64,000 bases of DNA, taken from positions 96,001 through 160,000 of the forward strand of contig CAVPKK010000005.1 in the NCBI GenBank assembly GCA_963705705.1, read 5' to 3'. The notes under the pieces were generated by a model. It searched no databases. It was not told the origin of the DNA and worked only from the letters and a program-made list of their open reading frames with translations. Below, piece after piece: positions 19,514-28,408 of the stretch. Origin of the DNA: an uncultured bacterium. GTDB taxonomy: Bacteria > Babelota > Babeliae > Babelales > JABCYS01. The stretch's first letter is position 1, and each line of letters begins with the position of its first letter. The position numbers and the translations under genes are program-made.

Positions 19514-20170
19514 ATGGCAGAGAGCATAATGAACCATAAAAAGACCTTTATTATCGTAACGATTCTGGTTATCCCCTTGGCTTATGCTACCTACCAACGC
19601 AACTTGGTCTGGCAATCAGAAGAATCATTTTGGTACGATGTTCTACAGCATGCACCGAATCGTGCCCGAGCACATAATAATTATGGCGTCGCCTTGTATG
19701 AACAACGGAAGTTCGCGCTTGCCCTTACATCTTTTCAGCGGGCAATAGAGCTCGATGCGCTTTACCCCGACCCTATTAATAATGCTGGGCTTTGCTACTC
19801 GGCACTTGGTAAGGTGGATGAGGCGATCGATATGCTCAAAAAAAGTCTTGAATTAAATAAGTATGTGCCAGAAATATACGAAAATCTTGCCGGCCTATTT
19901 ATCTATAAAAGGGACTACCCTCGGGCAGAAAAATGCGTGAACAATGCTCTGAAGCTCCGACCGCATTATGGCAAGGCATACGTTCAACGAGGCCGTATGT
20001 ATTTGACACAACTGCAAGAGCTGAAGGAAACATCTACTATCCGCAATGAATTATTGATAAATGCTTGTAAAGCATATCAGGATGCGTGCACAATTGCTGA
20101 TCTTGATAATGATAGAGAAACTCGCGCTATGTATGAGCATTTACGCCGACAATGCGGATCAATAAGTTAA
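19514..20170 (+). CDS. Membrane-anchored TPR protein, paralogous to the C-terminus of the TMTC-like protein
   Basis: TYQRNLVWQSEESFW..APNRARAHNNYGVAL vs TYDRNKVWSSGEAFW..APGRARAYNNYGVAL. Confidence 0.85.
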   Translation: MAESIMNHKKTFIIVTILVIPLAYATYQRNLVWQSEESFWYDVLQHAPNRARAHNNYGVALYEQRKFALALTSFQRAIELDALYPDPINNAGLCYSALGKVDEAIDMLKKSLELNKYVPEIYENLAGLFIYKRDYPRAEKCVNNALKLRPHYGKAYVQRGRMYLTQLQELKETSTIRNELLINACKAYQDACTIADLDNDRETRAMYEHLRRQCGSIS

Positions 20171-20190
20171 AAAATTTCTGAGTTGCTTGA

Positions 20191-20820
20191 TTAACTAAAT
20201 TGCCCTTCAAACACAATTTCATTGAGCGGCTTGCGATCACTTGGATGCTCCCTTGCGCGCAGATAGTCAGGCAATGTTTCAGGGTCGCCTGGTTTGCCGA
20301 TAGCTACCATTAATTCGATAGTGAAATTGCTTGGCAAATTAATCAATGGCACTGCTGCATCACGATCAAATCCACCAATGCCATGAACAACTAAATTGTT
20401 GAGGGTTCCTTGCAACGCTAAATTTTCCCAGGCAGCTCCGGCATCAAGGGCATGGGAATATATAGGTTTGCCGGATAACTCATGCGTGTGTTGCGATACG
20501 ATGAGAACGAGTGCAGAGGCATTTTGCGCCCATATACGATTACCCGGTGAGAGAAGGTCTAAAAATGTTGGCCAATAATGAGTGTCGCGCTTTGCATAGA
20601 TAAAACGCCAGGGTTGCCGATTGCCACCTGATGGTGCCCAACGGGCTGCTTCAAAAAGAGGCATGAGTTCACTATCTGTTATAGCTTCACCAGACATTGC
20701 ACGTGCCGACCATCTATTCAGAAATAGTTGGTCAATCGGATAGGCGGACTTACGGGTGATATCACTATATAAAGGCAAAAAAATGATTACAAATAAAGCT
20801 AGTTTTGATAGGCGCAACAT
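20191..20820 (-). CDS. Nitroreductase family protein with signal-peptide-like N-terminal extension
   Basis: RWSARAM, EAARWAPSGGNRQPWRF; N-terminus MLRLSKLALFVIIFLPLYS. Confidence 0.88.
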   Translation of the reverse strand: MLRLSKLALFVIIFLPLYSDITRKSAYPIDQLFLNRWSARAMSGEAITDSELMPLFEAARWAPSGGNRQPWRFIYAKRDTHYWPTFLDLLSPGNRIWAQNASALVLIVSQHTHELSGKPIYSHALDAGAAWENLALQGTLNNLVVHGIGGFDRDAAVPLINLPSNFTIELMVAIGKPGDPETLPDYLRAREHPSDRKPLNEIVFEGQFS

Positions 20821-20829
20821 ACTATTTCC

Positions 20830-21399
20830 TTATTTAAATGTACCTTCAAATACTATTTCATTGAGTGGTTTGCGATCATTCGGTTGTTCAACTGCTTGTA
20901 ATTTTTCTGGCAAGCTTTCAGTTTTTCCATGTCTGCCAATTGCAATCATGGCCTCAACGGTATAATCGGCGGGCAAGTTAGCGAGTTTGGCCGCGGCATC
21001 GTAATTAAAGCCTTCCATTCCATGAGCCACCAAATTACTAGCCTCTGCTTGTAGCGCCAAATTCTCCCAGGCAGCTCCGGTATCAAAGCTATGGGTGCGC
21101 GAAGGTTTACCGGTCTTTTCAAAATTATTATGGGATGCAACAATCACTAAAGCAGCTGCATCTTTAGCCCATATACGGTTGCTTTCGGCTAATAAGGCTA
21201 AGAATTGAGGCCAATGCTCTGTGTCGCGCTTGGCGTAAATAAAGCGCCAGGGCTGATTATTGTATGAAGATGGCGCCCAACGTGCAGCCTCGAAAAGAGT
21301 CATCAACTCTTTTTCACTGATTGGCTCACCAGACATTGCGCGCGGCGACCACCGCTTAATAAAAATATTTTCGATTGGATAGTTTGGTTTACGTGCCAT
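20830..21399 (-). CDS. Nitroreductase family protein
   Basis: RWSPRAM, EAARWAPSSYNNQPWRF, FDTGAAW. Confidence 0.92.
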   Translation of the reverse strand: MARKPNYPIENIFIKRWSPRAMSGEPISEKELMTLFEAARWAPSSYNNQPWRFIYAKRDTEHWPQFLALLAESNRIWAKDAAALVIVASHNNFEKTGKPSRTHSFDTGAAWENLALQAEASNLVAHGMEGFNYDAAAKLANLPADYTVEAMIAIGRHGKTESLPEKLQAVEQPNDRKPLNEIVFEGTFK

Positions 21400-21463
21400 G
21401 ATACTTCTCCTTTATTTCAAGCAACATATCGCACTTTACCGCTGGAATGCAAGAATTTACCAT

Positions 21464-22771
21464 TTAAACATGCAACAACTCATCCCACTGCGTAGTATAT
21501 CGTTGAGAACGTAGCTGGCGGTTTGACTTCCAATGTTGGTCAACGCCTGAAGCGGCGAAAAAGACAGTACGTGAACCCCACTTGTTATTTACCTCATCAA
21601 CAGCTTGCATTGCATGAGTTTGTTTTGGTATTTCCTCGGTTGGGATAAATAACGGCAATTGTGCTGTGTGCCCAGGCGATAAATCAACGAGCATGATGCC
21701 GGCTTTTTTGTAGGCAAAATCAGGCCGATACATCTGTTCAACCATTTTTGTGGCAGCGGCAATCATAGTTGGAGTATATGCCGTCGGAAGCTCAAGCATA
21801 TGAATATTGCTATTGTGATAGCGATGCTCTTGCGCTACAAACCAACTTGTTTGTAGCCAAACGCATATGCCACCGCATAATTGCTTTTGCTCGCGCAATG
21901 TTTCGGCAGCAATAGTTACATAGGTAGCAACGGCTTCTTTTAATGAAGATAATGTTCGTACCGGCACGCCAAAGGAACGAGATTTTATGATGGTTTGATT
22001 CGGGGCTTTGATCTCTTCAAGCGAAATACAAGGAATACCGCGCAGCTCCCATATAGTTCGCAATCCATTAATGGTCATTTTTTTACGGATCCATTCATCG
22101 GGCATGGTGAGCAACTTCGCCGTTGTCCGGATGTTATAGCTATTGAGTTTATTGCTGTAACGATAGCCGATACCCCATACATCGCCGACGGGTAAATTTT
22201 GTAGTGCGGCATCAATGGCTGCTTGGGTGTCTAAATAACAAACGCCGGGAGACTGGCGGCCGATACCTAAGCTTGGCCTTCCTCTAGAGGCTTTTTTCGC
22301 CATATCGTTCGCAACTTTTGCAAGCGTCTTGGTTGGGGCTAGCCCGAATGAAACGGGGACGCCAGTCCATTGCGTGACGCGATCGCGAAGTGCTTGCGCA
22401 TATAAAAAACGTTGCTCTGCTGGGATTGTTGTTAGATCAATAAAGGCCTCGTCGATGGAATAAATCTCTATTGATGGCGAATATTCAGTCAAAGTGTTCA
22501 TGATGCGAGCCGACATGTCGGAATACAGCTCAAAGTTTGATGAATAAACTTTTACATTATGATCCTTCAAGACCTTTTGATACTTGAAGGCGGCTGCGCC
22601 CATAGGAATGCCAAGCTTTTTTGCTTCTTCTGAGCGCGCAATAATGCAACCATCATTGCTTGAAAGAACAACAACGGGGATACCCCACAGCTTAGGGTTG
22701 AATACACGCTCGCAGGAGACGAAGAAGTTGTTGCAATCAACAAGTGCAATGCAGCTACTTGGGTGTGTCAT
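21464..22771 (-). CDS. umuC: Y-family DNA polymerase V subunit UmuC
   Basis: ALVDCNNFFVSCERVF, VLSSNDGC, YSIDEAF, C-terminal RSQRYTTQWDELL. Confidence 0.93.
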   Translation of the reverse strand: MTHPSSCIALVDCNNFFVSCERVFNPKLWGIPVVVLSSNDGCIIARSEEAKKLGIPMGAAAFKYQKVLKDHNVKVYSSNFELYSDMSARIMNTLTEYSPSIEIYSIDEAFIDLTTIPAEQRFLYAQALRDRVTQWTGVPVSFGLAPTKTLAKVANDMAKKASRGRPSLGIGRQSPGVCYLDTQAAIDAALQNLPVGDVWGIGYRYSNKLNSYNIRTTAKLLTMPDEWIRKKMTINGLRTIWELRGIPCISLEEIKAPNQTIIKSRSFGVPVRTLSSLKEAVATYVTIAAETLREQKQLCGGICVWLQTSWFVAQEHRYHNSNIHMLELPTAYTPTMIAAATKMVEQMYRPDFAYKKAGIMLVDLSPGHTAQLPLFIPTEEIPKQTHAMQAVDEVNNKWGSRTVFFAASGVDQHWKSNRQLRSQRYTTQWDELLHV

Positions 22772-22828
22772 AAAAATTACTAGATGCAAATTGTCGGTTT
22801 CTCATCAATCTGTTCAACTTGACTTAGG

Positions 22829-22954
22829 CGCGCTCATCCTGAGTTGATCGACCCTTCGATACATTTTGCTGCACAAAACACTCAGGGGGGGATTGGGGTC
22901 CCAAAACTCGGGTTCCCTTACAGGGTGAGTTTGGGGTAAAAGGATCATAGCGCG
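22829..22954 (+). repeat. Composite palindromic repeat: core, nested inverted core and GGGG/CCCC module
   Basis: CGCGCTCATCCTGAG..[CCCTTCGATACATTTTGCTGCACAAAACACTCAGGG]..[CCCAAAACTCGGGTTCCCT..AGGGTGAGTTTGGGG]..AGGATCATAGCGCG. Confidence 0.9.
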
Positions 22955-23070
22955 AGAATGATTAAGCCCTAATTTTTATCAATTAATGAAAAGCCACTAA
23001 CCATTTGCATGCTTTAAAAATTGAGTAAAACTATACATACATAATTTTACTAGAGATCGTAAAAACAGCT

Positions 23071-23652
23071 ATGCAACAACAAAATAAGCGAAGTGAGCGT
23101 GAAGCTAAAAGCTTCAAGCGAGCGCAGCATAATTTAGATAATGAAAGTTATCAAAATAAGCGAAGTGAGCGTGAAGCCAAAAGCTTCAAGCGAGCGCAGC
23201 ACAATTTAGATAACGAAAATTATCAAAAAATGCCCAAAACTGTTTTCAAGCTACAAACAAATATCAAGTATGATATTCCGCTCATACTTGCACGAATTCC
23301 AGCAGGGTTCCCTTCGCCCGCTGAAGACTATGTAGAACAAAAACTTGATCTTAATCAGTATCTTATCAAACACCCATCAGCTACTTTTTTTGTGCGAGCT
23401 GATGGCGAATCGATGACGGGTGCCGGCATCAATTCTGGCGATATGCTTATCGTGGACCGGGCGACCAAGGCGGCAAATAATTCAGTGGTGCTCGCAGTAA
23501 TAAACGGCGATTTTACAATCAAACGGATTCGGAAAGTTGGTGAGAAAATATTCTTGATCCCAGAAAATCCAAATTTTAAGCCAATTGAAATCACGGCAGA
23601 TATGGAATTCGAAATCTGGGGCACGGTATTGCATGTTATTCGATCAATGTAG
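23071..23652 (+). CDS. umuD: UmuD (S24 family); true start may be ATG 23230
   Basis: IPAGFPSPAEDY, ATFFVRADGESM, FTIKR. Confidence 0.9.
   Translation: MQQQNKRSEREAKSFKRAQHNLDNESYQNKRSEREAKSFKRAQHNLDNENYQKMPKTVFKLQTNIKYDIPLILARIPAGFPSPAEDYVEQKLDLNQYLIKHPSATFFVRADGESMTGAGINSGDMLIVDRATKAANNSVVLAVINGDFTIKRIRKVGEKIFLIPENPNFKPIEITADMEFEIWGTVLHVIRSM
23080..23223 (+). repeat. 72-bp direct tandem repeat (2 copies) with internal hairpin
   Basis: CAAAATAAGCGAAGTGAGCGTGAAGC(T/C)AAAAGCTTCAAGCGAGCGCAGCA..; encodes QNKRSEREAKSFKRAQHNLDNE(S/N)Y twice. Confidence 0.95.
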
Positions 23653-23660
23653 GATATAAG

Positions 23661-24737
23661 ATGGTACAAAGAAAAAAAATATTATTTGTTCTGATTACAT
23701 TTTGGATGACTACTGGCTTGAGCCAGAGTGTATGGGCATGTACCGATTGTTGGAAGTCTGCATTTGTCTACTCAAGAGCTACTACAAGATCAATTGCCAC
23801 AACCCTCTATAACATATACAAATGGCGGCATGCAGATACCACTTTTCCTACCCTAAACGAACTTAATCCAGTGACCTTTATCCCTCGCGGGTCATCGGAT
23901 GATGAAAATACACCAAAAAAGGAAGTATTATGGTTGCTCAAGCAAACAGGCTTTGATTCAATGATAGTTATTAATAACCGAGTTTATCAGGTGCAAGGTA
24001 GTATTCCAGAAGATATTGGCAATCAACAATTACCCATTTTTGTCTATTCTGGCGGTTATTCAAATGATCGAAGGCCTTATGCGTACAATGGTTATATCGC
24101 TATAAAGGGTGGGCTTATGCCAGGCATATGTCTAACTTTCGATTTCGCTACCGATACCCGACGCGGATTTAATTTTTGCCAACAACAAGATCAGCATTGT
24201 GTAAAAACTATATGCAATAGGATCGTAGAGTTTTCACCTCAGTCATCGATTATTCTTTATGGTGCCTGTAAAGGAGCGGCAAACAATTTAAGATTCTTGG
24301 CTGACCAAGCAGAGGCCATTCAGCCCGAATCATGCATACAGAATATTAAAGCAGTTATTTCTGAATCACCGCCAATTTCAGTACCAAAGGCATTGCAATA
24401 TACACCTGGCGCACCAGTTACATTAGCTTTAATGCGTATGATATTTCCAAACTATAATCCGCAAGCAAAAACTATCATGCAGACAGCACAGTTTCCCAAA
24501 ATACCTGTGCTCATTGCGAGTTTACCAAAAGACACTATAAGCGAGCTTGGAGATATGTTTGCCATGAATAGTCATCTGAACAAAGCTTGCCAAGCAAACG
24601 TGGAACAGTTTGTATCCGAAGAGGCAGACTTACGTCATGGAAAGATTGGAAAAGCGAAAGATTACCGTAGCGCCGTCGCAGCCTTTTTGAAAGAACATGT
24701 TGCTGCAAATATCAACAGCGCTATTGAGTTATCGTAG
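23661..24737 (+). CDS. Secreted alpha/beta-hydrolase-like protein
   Basis: Signal peptide; IILYGACKGAA elbow; IKAVISESP; candidate Asp (PKD) and His (LRHG). Confidence 0.6.
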   Translation: MVQRKKILFVLITFWMTTGLSQSVWACTDCWKSAFVYSRATTRSIATTLYNIYKWRHADTTFPTLNELNPVTFIPRGSSDDENTPKKEVLWLLKQTGFDSMIVINNRVYQVQGSIPEDIGNQQLPIFVYSGGYSNDRRPYAYNGYIAIKGGLMPGICLTFDFATDTRRGFNFCQQQDQHCVKTICNRIVEFSPQSSIILYGACKGAANNLRFLADQAEAIQPESCIQNIKAVISESPPISVPKALQYTPGAPVTLALMRMIFPNYNPQAKTIMQTAQFPKIPVLIASLPKDTISELGDMFAMNSHLNKACQANVEQFVSEEADLRHGKIGKAKDYRSAVAAFLKEHVAANINSAIELS

Positions 24738-25490
24738 TACAATTGTTTTCCCATCCATGGCAATCTGAACACGAATGCCGTTTTCTTTACCCAAGAGTTT
24801 AATCTTATCCAGCAATTTTTTCGTCCCGGGATCATTCGTATCTGCCGTTTGATGCTTGGTAATTTCTGATCCGCAATGGGTAAAAATAGCCCGTGGAATA
24901 TGGTATTTCTGGCACCAGGCGAGTTGAGCTTCGATAGGGCTATGGCCTACGAGTGTATGACCCTTATGCCGCACCAACATTCTCCTCGTTACAATGGCGC
25001 CATCACCAATATACAGGTCGACGTTGCTCAGTGCTTGTTTCTCATTAATTATCTTTACCAAGTCTGATACATAAAAAATATTTTTTTGCTCGGCAGTTAT
25101 GCGGTAGCCCATGGCAGGGGCGCGTAATGAATGTTCGACCTTAAATGGTTCGATAATCATATTCCCAAAGCGGATTTTCTTACGATGGTTGCAGATAAAG
25201 CGTTGTTCTTCAGGAATAGGATAATGCTTAATGAGTTCCCAGGTTTCTTTGCTGGCAAATACTGGCCAAGGGCAGCCGTTTGCTAACCCACCAACGTGAT
25301 CTGGATGTGCATGAGTAATGAAAATGGCCTGCGGCTTCGGTTTAATTTCATCAAGATGGCCCAGCCAATCTGAACCGCAATCAATTAAAATGCGAGTTCG
25401 TTCAGAAGATATAAGGGTCGAACTATGCCGATGATGGAGTTTGCTGCGCGCAATAATTCCACCGCGGGTGCCGAGAAATTTAATTTTCAT
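24729..25490 (-). CDS. MBL-fold metallo-hydrolase (PhnP/PqqB-like)
   Basis: KFLGTRG, ILIDCG, THAHPDH, VEH, SD, GH, FTH. Confidence 0.88.
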   Translation of the reverse strand: MKIKFLGTRGGIIARSKLHHRHSSTLISSERTRILIDCGSDWLGHLDEIKPKPQAIFITHAHPDHVGGLANGCPWPVFASKETWELIKHYPIPEEQRFICNHRKKIRFGNMIIEPFKVEHSLRAPAMGYRITAEQKNIFYVSDLVKIINEKQALSNVDLYIGDGAIVTRRMLVRHKGHTLVGHSPIEAQLAWCQKYHIPRAIFTHCGSEITKHQTADTNDPGTKKLLDKIKLLGKENGIRVQIAMDGKTIVLR

Positions 25491-25503
25491 TTCTGAGCCC
25501 ATT

Positions 25504-25535
25504 AAAAAAGCCCGGCAGTTAGCCAGGCTTTTTTT
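25504..25535. terminator. Intrinsic terminator-like hairpin with A/T tails on both sides
   Basis: AAAAAAGCCCGGC-AGTTA-GCCAGGCTTTTTTT. Confidence 0.7.
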
Positions 25536-25555
25536 GTTTGCAATATCAGACTGAG

Positions 25556-25930
25556 TTATTTCTTCTCAGGAACAGTACCAGCAACATTATTCTTTACAGC
25601 GTAATCCGATAATACTTTTGCAGCTTCTTTATATTTTTCAGCTTTCTCCGGATTCATCCTTTTAAATGAAGACTCTTCAGCCTTTAATTTGCAATAACAT
25701 GCACAGCGCGATGCATTTTCTTTTCTTTCTTTGCCAATTAATGGCAATGCACTCTTTCCTGCTGAGCAAATAGGATCGCAAAAGCCGAATAGATCGCCTT
25801 CTGACGTCCAGCCTTTTTCTTTGGCCGTACGGGCTAGTGCATCTACTGATGTAGGACAGGTATCTGCAAATACATTGGCTGCGCCAACAGCTAATACAGC
25901 TGCAAGGGCAAATTTCATTGAATCGTTCAT
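25556..25930 (-). CDS. Small secreted Cys-containing protein
   Basis: AAGGAG RBS before ATG 25930; signal peptide ending VFA; six Cys. Confidence 0.7.
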   Translation of the reverse strand: MNDSMKFALAAVLAVGAANVFADTCPTSVDALARTAKEKGWTSEGDLFGFCDPICSAGKSALPLIGKERKENASRCACYCKLKAEESSFKRMNPEKAEKYKEAAKVLSDYAVKNNVAGTVPEKK

Positions 25931-26035
25931 AGGGAACTCCTTTTTTGTTGTTGTTGGTTCTTGGGTGTACTTCAAATTACATCCTCAGTATGCAAAAAGG
26001 AGATCAGGGAAAGCAAGAGTTTTGTTGCTAGGCAG

Positions 26036-26068
26036 CAAAAAGGCCCGGCTTTTCGACCGGGCCTTTTT
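26036..26068 (-). terminator. Intrinsic terminator downstream of hppA
   Basis: AAAAAGGCCCGG-cttttcga-CCGGGCCTTTTT. Confidence 0.75.
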
Positions 26069-26095
26069 GAATTATGGAAATAATTTAATGCGTTG

Positions 26096-26207
26096 CGCGC
26101 TTTTATCCTTCGATCCTTCGAGGGGCCTCAGGAGTGAACCCTTCGACAGTCATTTGTGTATCGAAGGCCTTTAGGTCTGAGCTTGTCGAAGACTCAGGAT
26201 GAGCGCG
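26096..26207 (-). repeat. Multiply nested palindromic repeat
   Basis: CGCGCTTTTATCCTTCGA[TCCTTCGAGGGGCCTCAGGA..CCCTTCGACAG..TCGAAGG..TCTGAGCTTGTCGAAGA]CTCAGGATGAGCGCG; near-identical copy at 45877. Confidence 0.92.
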
Positions 26208-26255
26208 GTCGCTTGTGAGCCCATATTCTTGCACTAATAATAAGCCTTTTTCTGC

Positions 26256-28247
26256 TTACAGCCCAGCTAATAATAGGGCAACAACCGACATCAATTTAAT
26301 TAATATGTTCAATGATGGACCTGAGGTATCTTTACAAGGATCGCCAACAGTATCACCGATGATTGCGGCCTTATGAGCTGGTGAGCCTTTGCCGCCCAAG
26401 TGGCCCGCTTCGATATATTTCTTTGCATTATCCCAAGCCCCGCCGCCGGTAGATAACATGAGAGCAAGCAATACGGAAACAAGGGTTGCGCCGACAAGCA
26501 TGCCGCCGAGTGCAAGTTTACCTTGATCGCCAAAGCCATAGCGAACTGCTACTGGCAGGAAAACGGTAAGTAGACCAGGGACAATCATTTCTTTCAATGC
26601 TGCGCGTGTGCTAATAGCGATGCAACGTTCATAATCAGGTTGTCCTGTTCCTTGCATAAGGCCAGGAATTTCGCGGAACTGGCGAAGCACTTCCATTACC
26701 ATTTTTAATGCGGCGGTGCCCACAGCTCGCATAGTCAAAGCAGAAATGATGAACGGTAATACGCCACCAATAAAGAGGCCGACCACTACAACTGGTGTTT
26801 TAAGATCCAGGGTCGCAATATTTGCCTTTTGGGCATAAGCCGAGAACATAGCGAGCGCAGTTAATAGGGCGGAGCCAATAGCAAAACCTTTGCCAATTGC
26901 TGCCGTAGTATTGCCAAGCGCATCCAATTTATCTGTTGTTTTACGTACTGAAGGATCAAGTTCGGCCATTTCGGCTATACCGCCGGCATTATCCGCAATT
27001 GGGCCATAGCCATCGATAGTCATAGTGGTGCCGACCGTTGCCAACATTGCCACTGCAGAAATTGCTACACCAAATAGCCCGCCACCATGGTTATAGGCTA
27101 GAAGTACAGCGATTGCTAAAAGCACTACCGGCCCAGCAACTGATTCCATACCAACTGATAAGCCATAAATAATGTTGGTTGCGGCGCCAGACTCAGACAT
27201 CTCCGCAATCTTGCGAACGGGAGTTCCCGATGTGAAATATTCCGTAATCGTGCCAACGATAATCCCGCTAATGCAACCCATAAGCACGGCATAAAACAAA
27301 TGAATATCTAAATTAAAAACATTTAAATACACCCAAGTGCCTACTGCCAGCAAACTAATAGACATGATATTTGCCAGGCGTAACTGTGCCGCCGGTGAAA
27401 CGTTAATTACAAACGCAGCGCCAAGGGTAATAGCTGAGCTCAATAATCCGATAGCAGAAAGTACGATCGGAAAAACTGCGTATGAAGGGGTGTTGTAGTA
27501 TGGATCCATGACGGCAATTAAAATTGCGGCAACCATAGCACCAATATACGATTCATAGATATCTGCGCCCATTCCTGCCGTATCGCCTACACAATCGCCA
27601 ACGTTATCTGCGATAACAGCAGGGTTGCGTGGGTCATCTTCAGGCAATCCAAGATCGATCTTGCCAGCTAAGTCTGCCCCTACGTCTGCCGCCTTGGTAT
27701 AAATACCGCCGCCGACGCGTGCAAAAAAAGCAATGAGTGACGCGCCGATGCTGAAGCAAATAAGTGCATTTTCAAAATCATTTTTATCAAGTTTTCCGTA
27801 CAGTAAATAAAAAACTGAACCAAGACCAATTAGCCCAAAGCTCGCCACGGCAAAGCCCATAACGCCACCGCCGGCTAGAGCTATGAGAAAAGCTGATCTC
27901 TCACCTTCTTTTTGCGCAGCCAATGTAGTGCGAACGTTCGCGCGCGTTGCTGCATCCATTCCTATGTATCCTGCAGACAACGATATAAAGGCACCGAATA
28001 AAAACAGACCGGCATATAATAGGCCCAATACTAAATATAAGATCATGGCTACCACTAAGGTAACCGCACAAATAACCGAATATTCTTCGCGGATAAACGT
28101 CATCGCGCCTAGGCGTATGGCACTTGCGATGGCGCCTGCTCTGGCATGATCAACAGTGATTCTGCTTATTCGTATCAATAAATAAAACATGAGTACAAGG
28201 CCTAATGCGGCTGAGCCCATAATGAGAAGTTGGTCGAATGAGAACAT
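26256..28247 (-). CDS. hppA: Membrane-bound H+/Na+-translocating pyrophosphatase
   Basis: [55 protein letters not shown]. Confidence 0.95.
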   Translation of the reverse strand: MFSFDQLLIMGSAALGLVLMFYLLIRISRITVDHARAGAIASAIRLGAMTFIREEYSVICAVTLVVAMILYLVLGLLYAGLFLFGAFISLSAGYIGMDAATRANVRTTLAAQKEGERSAFLIALAGGGVMGFAVASFGLIGLGSVFYLLYGKLDKNDFENALICFSIGASLIAFFARVGGGIYTKAADVGADLAGKIDLGLPEDDPRNPAVIADNVGDCVGDTAGMGADIYESYIGAMVAAILIAVMDPYYNTPSYAVFPIVLSAIGLLSSAITLGAAFVINVSPAAQLRLANIMSISLLAVGTWVYLNVFNLDIHLFYAVLMGCISGIIVGTITEYFTSGTPVRKIAEMSESGAATNIIYGLSVGMESVAGPVVLLAIAVLLAYNHGGGLFGVAISAVAMLATVGTTMTIDGYGPIADNAGGIAEMAELDPSVRKTTDKLDALGNTTAAIGKGFAIGSALLTALAMFSAYAQKANIATLDLKTPVVVVGLFIGGVLPFIISALTMRAVGTAALKMVMEVLRQFREIPGLMQGTGQPDYERCIAISTRAALKEMIVPGLLTVFLPVAVRYGFGDQGKLALGGMLVGATLVSVLLALMLSTGGGAWDNAKKYIEAGHLGGKGSPAHKAAIIGDTVGDPCKDTSGPSLNILIKLMSVVALLLAGL

Positions 28248-28307
28248 GTTTTTTGCTCCTAGTAGAACGTCTTTAAAATTTTCTTACGGGTTAGTTTGTC
28301 AATTTTC

Positions 28308-28359
28308 CCGTTCGTATCCTTCGATACATTTTGCTACGCAAAACACTCAGGACGAACGG
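28308..28359 (-). repeat. Palindromic repeat variant with expanded loop
   Basis: CCGTTCGTATCCTTCGATACATTTTGCTACGCAAAACACTCAGGACGAACGG. Confidence 0.88.
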
Positions 28360-28408
28360 ATCGTTAGTTTTTTTATTGAGCTTGGAACATTGAAGTATCC
28401 ATTAAACC

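Noticed and set aside
22250..22295. Short apparent insertion in UmuC (RGRPSLGIGRQSP) with a weak GGCC hairpin
   Set aside because: No recognisable match to the repeat families; cannot be supported without alignments
25731..26174. 147-aa plus-strand ORF, and the similar short ORF at 45963-46166
   Set aside because: They run through a terminator and/or repeat element and overlap better-supported opposite-strand genes
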